A DNA stretch of 64,000 nt, from assembly GCA_964539395.1 (NCBI GenBank), contig CAZIIU010000014.1, forward strand, positions 8,304 through 72,303, in the 5' to 3' direction. Made by a program: the position numbers and the translations under genes. Below the pieces are notes generated by a model, which ran no database searches, had not been told where the DNA came from, and worked only from the letters and a program-made list of their open reading frames with translations. Of the stretch, positions 57,344-64,000 are shown piece by piece. Origin of the DNA: an uncultured Bacteroidaceae bacterium (lineage in GTDB: Bacteria; Bacteroidota; Bacteroidia; Bacteroidales; GCA-2748055). Position 1 is the stretch's first letter, and every line of letters begins with the position of its first letter.

Positions 57344-60300
57344 ATGAGAAAAAACACCCGTGAAACATGGTTTGTTTCAAAAAACATGTTTAATTTTCCG
57401 CTAAAGATCAAGATACTAAGTCTGTTTGTCATGGTGGGGTTTGTCAGCGTATCTGCCAACACAAACAACACATTTAACAACAGGGACCCAAAGACAGAAA
57501 TCAGGAAGATACCATCAGCACAAGTGGTCTCTACTGAAAATCCGGAATTATCTCAGCCTGAAAGACGCACAGTAACCGGTACGGTCACCGATTTCCAACA
57601 GGTACCACTGCCGGGTGTTAATGTAGTCGAGGCAGGAACAACTACAGGAACCATAACGGATACCGAAGGTAATTATTCAATTACCGTCAGAGGGCCGGAG
57701 TCTGTTATAAGCTATTCGTTCGTAGGATATGTTAAGGAGGAGATTATGGTCGGTAACCAGACACATATTGACGTTACTTTGCTGGAATCTCGAAGCGCAT
57801 TGGACGAAGTGGTTGTTGTAGGGTATGGAATCCAGAAAAAAGAGAGCATCGTTGGATCAATCGTTCAGACTAAAGCTGAAGATCTCATAAAAACCGGAAA
57901 CGTACAGTCGGTTAATGCTGCACTGCAGGGACTCCTACCCGGTGTAACTTCCCTTGAGAGGTCTGGTTTTCCGGGATCCTCTGAAGCCAAAATTTTGATC
58001 AGGGGAGTCTCAACCTGGGGAGATAACAGTCCGCTGATTATAGTTGACGGTGTAGAAAGAGACTTCGAAAATATCAATGTAAACGATGTTGAATCCATTT
58101 CCGTACTAAAAGATGCCTCTGCAACAGCAGTATTTGGCGTGAAGGCAGCAAACGGAGTAATTATGCTTACCACTAAAAGGGGAGTCATAGGAAAACCAGT
58201 TTTTAACTACAGCTCTTCCTATACTTTTAAATCACCTGTGGTACAGCATGAAAACTATTATGCCCCCTTCTCGGAAGCTTTGAGACAACATAACATAGCT
58301 GCGATGAATGACTATAATTACGGCGCCCTTGCTCCTCAAAGTTTTATTGACGAATGGTCGAATCCGAACAGAGACCCCAGGCTCTATACCTATACCGACT
58401 GGGTAGATTATATGTTTGGTAACGGGCATGCACACCAGCATAATATCAGTATGAGGGGAGGTAATAATTTTGTTAAGTATTACACCTCTTTTGGTTATGA
58501 CTATGATGGAGGTATTGAAGATGCAATATATGAGATGCCCGAATTTGACCCAAGGAGGAGGGCAAATATCTACACGTACAGAAGCAACCTCGACTTTCAA
58601 CTTACCAAGACAACTGAACTGGGAGTAAGATTTGCAGGGGAGATCAAAAACGTGGCCGGTAACGGACCCGGTGCTGAACAGGGGACCTACGGATATCTCT
58701 GGTACACACCAATGGTTGGTCCGCCGATACAATTTGAGACTGGTGAATGGGGTACAATGACAGGCCAGTTAGAGGGCAGGAACTGGGCTTCCGTATACCA
58801 AAGCGGCGAAACAAAATCGAAAACTAACCGGCTATTTGCCGACCTCAGGCTTACACAGGACCTTTCTGCCCTGCTTGACGGTTTAAGGGCTGAAGCAAAC
58901 TTTTCATTCGGGAACAGGTTTCAATATCAGCAATCGATATCTCAAACCTTTTTAAGATATTACTATGATCCCGATCTGGAAAAACTTGTGCCGGAAGGTA
59001 GTAATGTAGACATACCTGATGAAAGTCCTGTAACAATCGGGTCTGATAATATTAATAGTTTTAGCAGGAATTTATATTACGATGTAAGATTAAATTACGA
59101 TAAGCAGGTGAACAACCATGAATTCGGCGCACTCGCGCTTTTCATGCGGAGAGAGTCCAGCTCCGGGGTAGTCTGGCCGAGTTATGAGGAGAGCTGGGTT
59201 GGAAGAGCCACCTATAGCTATGCAACGCGCTATCTTTTTGAGGTGAACGGGGCCTATAATGGAAGTGAAAAGTTCGCTCCCGGGTTGCGTTTTGGCTTCT
59301 TTCCTTCCATGGCTGTTGGATGGGTTTTAACCAATGAACCCTTTATGCAGGACCGGTTCTCGGCCTTAAGCTATCTGAAATTCAGGTATTCATACGGTGA
59401 GATAGGAAGTGATGCCGGAGCTCAACGGTGGACCTATGTCTCCCTTTTTAATGAAAGAGACGATCACACCAAGCCCTATTTTGGTGATCCGATTATTACA
59501 AGCCCCGGACCAGTCTACGCGGAAGGTTCCCCGGCAAACCCCAATGCCACATGGGAACGGGCGATAAAACAAAATCTGGGTATCGAAACAGGGTTTTTCG
59601 ACAATAAACTTACCTTAACCGTCGATTTATGGGATGAATACCGCGATCAAATCCTTATGACACGTAGAATTATACCCGTCTGGTATGGCGGTAATGGCTT
59701 ACCCGACGGAAACGTAGGAGAAGTAAAGAACCACGGAATTGATATTGAACTGGGATGGAGACATCAGGTAACTACAGATGTCCTCTATTGGTTTAAAGGA
59801 AGTCTGGCATTAAGCGAAAACCGCGTCGTCTTTAGGGATGACCTTCCATTTGCCCCTGATTACCAAAAAGCTGCCGGCAAGCCCGTTGGGGCCCGATCAG
59901 ATCTTCTGCTAAACGGCTACCTGCAATCATGGGACGAGGTTTACAGATGGACCCAGTCTAGTTTTTCAAATAATCTCATTCCGGGTGATTTTAAATATAT
60001 TGACTATAATGCTGACGGATTGCTTAGTGTTTTAGACAATGCCCCCTCTGACTCCGGGACCCAACCGTTGAATTCTTTTTCTTTCTCTTTAGGGGGAACG
60101 ATCAAACAGTTTTCAATCGTAGCAAGATTCAATGGAATCGCCGGGATTTACAGGAGATATTCAAGAATACTTTGGCCCCAGGATGTGGCTACATCCTACA
60201 AGTACCAGTACTTCCCGGTTGATGTTCCTGAAATAATGGACTTCTGGACACCGGATAATCGTGATGCTACCCGACCCAACATTCATTTGGTCGAGAGCCA

Positions 60301-60556
60301 CAACAAAATAAACAGCCAGTTCAGGTCAGCAAACTCCAGTTACCTGCGCTTCAGGACACTTGAAGTAAATTATAAAGTAAAACAATCTGCGCTCGACAGG
60401 ACCAACACATTCAGTAACCTGGAGTTTTATGTAAGTGGAAACAACCTCTATACATGGCAACATATTTCAAGAATACATGATCCCGAAAACGAAACACTTC
60501 TAATGGTCTATCCTCTTGTAAGAAGATTTTCAATTGGAGTACGGGCAAGTTTTTAA
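57344..60556 (+). CDS. SusC/RagA family TonB-dependent transporter
   Basis: CarboxypepD-like N domain, LDEVVVVGYG, IRG, PL.IVDGVER, SISVLKDASATAVFG...ANGVI..TTKRG, YNGSEKF, C-terminal F. Confidence 0.95.
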   Translation: MRKNTRETWFVSKNMFNFPLKIKILSLFVMVGFVSVSANTNNTFNNRDPKTEIRKIPSAQVVSTENPELSQPERRTVTGTVTDFQQVPLPGVNVVEAGTTTGTITDTEGNYSITVRGPESVISYSFVGYVKEEIMVGNQTHIDVTLLESRSALDEVVVVGYGIQKKESIVGSIVQTKAEDLIKTGNVQSVNAALQGLLPGVTSLERSGFPGSSEAKILIRGVSTWGDNSPLIIVDGVERDFENINVNDVESISVLKDASATAVFGVKAANGVIMLTTKRGVIGKPVFNYSSSYTFKSPVVQHENYYAPFSEALRQHNIAAMNDYNYGALAPQSFIDEWSNPNRDPRLYTYTDWVDYMFGNGHAHQHNISMRGGNNFVKYYTSFGYDYDGGIEDAIYEMPEFDPRRRANIYTYRSNLDFQLTKTTELGVRFAGEIKNVAGNGPGAEQGTYGYLWYTPMVGPPIQFETGEWGTMTGQLEGRNWASVYQSGETKSKTNRLFADLRLTQDLSALLDGLRAEANFSFGNRFQYQQSISQTFLRYYYDPDLEKLVPEGSNVDIPDESPVTIGSDNINSFSRNLYYDVRLNYDKQVNNHEFGALALFMRRESSSGVVWPSYEESWVGRATYSYATRYLFEVNGAYNGSEKFAPGLRFGFFPSMAVGWVLTNEPFMQDRFSALSYLKFRYSYGEIGSDAGAQRWTYVSLFNERDDHTKPYFGDPIITSPGPVYAEGSPANPNATWERAIKQNLGIETGFFDNKLTLTVDLWDEYRDQILMTRRIIPVWYGGNGLPDGNVGEVKNHGIDIELGWRHQVTTDVLYWFKGSLALSENRVVFRDDLPFAPDYQKAAGKPVGARSDLLLNGYLQSWDEVYRWTQSSFSNNLIPGDFKYIDYNADGLLSVLDNAPSDSGTQPLNSFSFSLGGTIKQFSIVARFNGIAGIYRRYSRILWPQDVATSYKYQYFPVDVPEIMDFWTPDNRDATRPNIHLVESHNKINSQFRSANSSYLRFRTLEVNYKVKQSALDRTNTFSNLEFYVSGNNLYTWQHISRIHDPENETLLMVYPLVRRFSIGVRASF

Positions 60557-60581
60557 AGAACATTTTTAAAAATAATTGGAA

Positions 60582-62411
60582 ATGAAAAAGATATATATTT
60601 TATTTATTCTAACAGGATTAATATCAGTGGGTTGTGAAGAATATCTTGAACGCACCCCCGATATGGGTATAACTGATGAAGAGGTGTTTTCCTCCTATTA
60701 TTCCATGCGCGGGTTCCTCGACAGAGCTACTTATGCCGTACGTAATTATAACTATCACCATACACAGCACACCGTTCATCAGGACATTGATAATTTGTGT
60801 GACGGTGGTGTCCCTATGCGATTTGATATTGGTGCAAGGGTCAGAATGAACGCGGGTGATTGGCAAAATCTGGAGTACCGCGACTTTAACTGCATAATAA
60901 ATTACAATGAGCTTCAAAAATATCAGGATGCACAGCGCGATCAATTCATTGCAGCTTTTCCTGCCATACGGGTGTGCAATATGTTCTTTGCTAATCTCGA
61001 TAGGGTCGAGGACTGGCCCTCAGAAACAGGGTATACCCAGGAAGAGTTAAAAAACCAGTTGATAGGACAGGCATATTTTCTCAGAGGCTGGCATTTTTTC
61101 CAGCTTATTAAGAGAAGAGGTGGACTTGCTCCCCTGGATAAAGTCTATAATTCCGATGATGATCTTGACTTTGAGCATCTCTCATACAGGGAATCTACCA
61201 ACTGGGCCATATCTAATTTTGATAGTGCCGCAATGTTCCTGCCTTCAACCTGGGATGCTGTAAACAGGGGACGCCCCACTAAGTCTAGCGCCCTTGCATA
61301 TAAAGCATATCTTCTCCTTTGGGATTCAAGTCCGCTTACAAATCCTGATGATGGTTATAATTATGATGTGGAAAGGTGTAAAGAGACAGTAGCTGCTTCA
61401 ATTGAGGCATTTAATGAAGTAGAGGCAACCAATGGGTATTACTATATGTACCCCTTTGGTGAAAGAACCGCAGAATCCGGCAACTATGTTGATGGATGGC
61501 ACGAGAACACGCATAGCTGGATAACCAAGACCAGTCGCGAAGCTCTTTTCCAACCCTACACATCCCACTGGGCACAAAATAATAGTTGGAATGGAGGAAT
61601 GGGCTTTACACTTCCAATATTCGACGGTGGACAGAAGATGTGGACTGCTCCGACCCAGAATGCGGTTGACTGGTTTGAAACCGCTGACGGGTATGCAATT
61701 GAAGATGCTCCCCCCACCAGCTATGATCCGCAAGATCCTTATGTCAACAGGGACCCCCGTTTATATGAATCAATTTATTATAATGATGGTGAAAGTATGT
61801 ACATAACTTCCGATCTGGGTCCCATACCAACGAAAGTTGAAGCGTGGGCCGGTGGTTTTCACATGTCAAGTATCCCTGGGGGGACTGGATATATCGCTAA
61901 AAAACGCCGGTGGCCCGGAAACAACAAGTATGATCGTACATCTTCAAATCCATTAAGATGGTTTCCCCACTTGCGATTAGCAGAGTTATACCTGATCTAT
62001 GCCGAAGCAGCAAATGAAGCATACGGGCCCACTGGTGCAGTTCCCGGGTCCGACCTTACAGCTGCTGATGCACTAAACGTTGTCCGCAACAGGGCTACAA
62101 TGCCTGATGTGCTTCCTATGTACACAAGCAGCAAAGAAGCACTGCGTGAAAGAATCAGGAATGAAAGAGCTGTGGAGTTTTACCTCGAATGGAAACGTTT
62201 ACATGATCTAAGGAGATGGAGGCAAGTGGAAAAATGTAATACAACCTATAAAGCAAGTATTATCAAATCCGGTGATACATTTATATATGGTAAAGAACTT
62301 ATTTCCGGTAACCAGGCAAAAACCTATGATAATGACAAGCATGTCTGGTATCCGTGGCATACAAATATGTTGGATATGCTGGAAAACCTAAAACAAAATC
62401 CCAACTGGTAA
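60582..62411 (+). CDS. SusD/RagB family lipoprotein
   Basis: Lipobox SVGC; GQAYFLRG, GRPTK, NRDPRL, RLAELYL.YAEA, RIRNERAVEF..E..R..DLRRW. Confidence 0.93.
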   Translation: MKKIYILFILTGLISVGCEEYLERTPDMGITDEEVFSSYYSMRGFLDRATYAVRNYNYHHTQHTVHQDIDNLCDGGVPMRFDIGARVRMNAGDWQNLEYRDFNCIINYNELQKYQDAQRDQFIAAFPAIRVCNMFFANLDRVEDWPSETGYTQEELKNQLIGQAYFLRGWHFFQLIKRRGGLAPLDKVYNSDDDLDFEHLSYRESTNWAISNFDSAAMFLPSTWDAVNRGRPTKSSALAYKAYLLLWDSSPLTNPDDGYNYDVERCKETVAASIEAFNEVEATNGYYYMYPFGERTAESGNYVDGWHENTHSWITKTSREALFQPYTSHWAQNNSWNGGMGFTLPIFDGGQKMWTAPTQNAVDWFETADGYAIEDAPPTSYDPQDPYVNRDPRLYESIYYNDGESMYITSDLGPIPTKVEAWAGGFHMSSIPGGTGYIAKKRRWPGNNKYDRTSSNPLRWFPHLRLAELYLIYAEAANEAYGPTGAVPGSDLTAADALNVVRNRATMPDVLPMYTSSKEALRERIRNERAVEFYLEWKRLHDLRRWRQVEKCNTTYKASIIKSGDTFIYGKELISGNQAKTYDNDKHVWYPWHTNMLDMLENLKQNPNW

Positions 62412-62446
62412 TTAAACTAACCAATAAAACCTAATACTACTGGATT

Positions 62447-64000
62447 ATGAAAAAACATCTTAAAATATTCATTCTTATAATAATAGGTCTTTTATTCTGT
62501 AAAAGCCATAATCTGACTGCCCAACCAGCCAGAACAAATACAGGACAGAATCTGAAACTGGTTGTTATTGATGCCGAAGGTAATCCTATCCAAAACGCTG
62601 CTATCTGGGCTAATGGTGGATCACTAAAGTATTCTACAAGCACTGATGGAACAGCAAATTTATCATCAGTTAAAAGTGGAGAAATACTTATCGAGGCCTC
62701 TGATTTCGAACCTCTTACAATCATGTATAATATGGACACTGAGATGACCGTTACCTTGCTGAAGGCTCCGGTTTTCTCGGGAGAAAGCGACAAAATAAGG
62801 TTACCTTATACCATGCTGCCCAAAAGACGTGTAGTAGGTGCGGTATCGGATATTACAAGTACCGACCTTGAACGTTCCAATGAAATCAGGCCTTCATCGA
62901 GCCTTGCCGGACTTGCTTCCGGGTTGTATGTATTTAAAGGTTCGAACGAACCTGGGTATTCCAATACAAGCATTAAAATAAGAGGTCAGTCACGCGGTGG
63001 CAGTGGCGACGGGCCCCTTTTGGTTGTTGACGGCGTACCTGAAAGGGATATGGATGTAATTAATATACTCGATATTGAATCCATTGAAATACTTAAAGAC
63101 GCAACTTCGAAGCTGATGTATGGTTCCATCGCTGCTAACGGGGTAATCAACGTTACCACGAAAAGTGGTATCGCAAACAAGAGAATAGCTTCTGTTACCG
63201 TCGATTATGGCGTTAAAACACCAACCGTTATGCCGAAATGGCTGAACTCCTACGATTATGCAACGTTATATAACGAGGCACGTGAAAATGATGGTTTAGA
63301 GAAGGCTTACAGCGATGAAGCACTTGCTTCATATCAATCGGGTGACAGCGCAATAAGATATCCCAATGTGGATTTTTATGATGAATTACTTAAGTCAAAT
63401 ACTCGTTACCACAATATTAATGCTCAGTTTTTAGGCGGGACATCGGACCATAAATATTTCGTAAGTTTAGGATACCTGGGAGAATCCGGACTGGAAAAAG
63501 TAGGAAAGGAAACTGTTTATGACCAGTTTAGTTTGCGTGCCAAACTGGATTACACATTAAATCCGGTTTTGTCTGCTCATCTTCATATCAATGGTTATAT
63601 GCAATTGTGGAGTTCACATAACATGAGTTCTTCTGAACTATTCTACCAGCTTTCCACACATCGACCCAATGAATACCCCTTATATTTCTCCCCCCACCCC
63701 AACCCGGACTCTTTAATGTTGGGATGGTCATCCGTTGTTCCTGTTAACTTGTATGGCGAACTCGCGCTAACCGGGTACACAAACACACAGCAGACCGCGG
63801 GTCAGACAGACCTGGAATTAAAATTTAACCTGGAGAAATTTGTAAAAGGTTTACGTGCGAAAGTTGGTACTTCCTTCGATACTTATAATACTCTTGGGAT
63901 AGGTAAAACGGAAGAATACCCAAGGTTCAGGCCTGATAGTACCAAAGTTGGAGACTGGTTAAAAGTGGCTGACCAGTCAAGAAAATCAAATGATTTCTAC
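62447..64000 (+). CDS. Second SusC/RagA family TonB-dependent transporter (partial, runs off window)
   Basis: Read manually from ATG 62447: MKKHLKIFILII..., KIRGQSR, PLLVVDGVPER, DIESIEILKDA...MYG..AANGVI.VTTK.G; not in the ORF track because no stop lies in the window. Confidence 0.9.
   Translation, partial: MKKHLKIFILIIIGLLFCKSHNLTAQPARTNTGQNLKLVVIDAEGNPIQNAAIWANGGSLKYSTSTDGTANLSSVKSGEILIEASDFEPLTIMYNMDTEMTVTLLKAPVFSGESDKIRLPYTMLPKRRVVGAVSDITSTDLERSNEIRPSSSLAGLASGLYVFKGSNEPGYSNTSIKIRGQSRGGSGDGPLLVVDGVPERDMDVINILDIESIEILKDATSKLMYGSIAANGVINVTTKSGIANKRIASVTVDYGVKTPTVMPKWLNSYDYATLYNEARENDGLEKAYSDEALASYQSGDSAIRYPNVDFYDELLKSNTRYHNINAQFLGGTSDHKYFVSLGYLGESGLEKVGKETVYDQFSLRAKLDYTLNPVLSAHLHINGYMQLWSSHNMSSSELFYQLSTHRPNEYPLYFSPHPNPDSLMLGWSSVVPVNLYGELALTGYTNTQQTAGQTDLELKFNLEKFVKGLRAKVGTSFDTYNTLGIGKTEEYPRFRPDSTKVGDWLKVADQSRKSNDFY

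Overview
Bacteroidota (Bacteroidales/Marinilabiliales-like, probably anaerobic and salt-adapted) chromosomal segment, judged from SusC/SusD genes, a T9SS-type domain, FISUMP proteins and TAnnTTTG promoter motifs. The most striking element is a ~16-kb co-oriented minus-strand cluster (4242-20379, possibly extending to the ABC exporter at 1-821). It combines five PQQ/BamB-like beta-propeller paralogues, an NHL-type propeller with a GCCNP motif, a small Cys-rich peptide, a Tat-signal polyferredoxin, a NapH/MauN-like membrane Fe-S protein and a CxxC-bearing GT4 glycosyltransferase. It also encodes a NuoE-NuoF (HydC-HydB/BfuCB) fusion with electron-bifurcation signatures and a BfuA/GltD-like partner lacking its NADP(H)-binding domain. 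Together these look like an uncharacterised trans-envelope redox system. The rest of the window holds an N-epsilon-acetyl-beta-lysine osmolyte locus (MarR-ablA-ablB-wHTH-SSS) with a divergent ActP-like uptake operon, deaD, hsp20 with a sigma54-like promoter, and an ORP-like DUF134/NifX/MinD-ferredoxin cluster with a palindromic operator. Further along are mscS, a sulfatase, an otsB fusion, an orphan PhoR-like kinase, a YtxH/holin triad, yceI, a NEW3-ABC operon and tandem susC-susD-susC. There are three intergenic tandem repeats and one candidate structured RNA. No rRNA, tRNA, CRISPR array or transposase was recognised. All calls come from motif recognition by eye, with no database searches.
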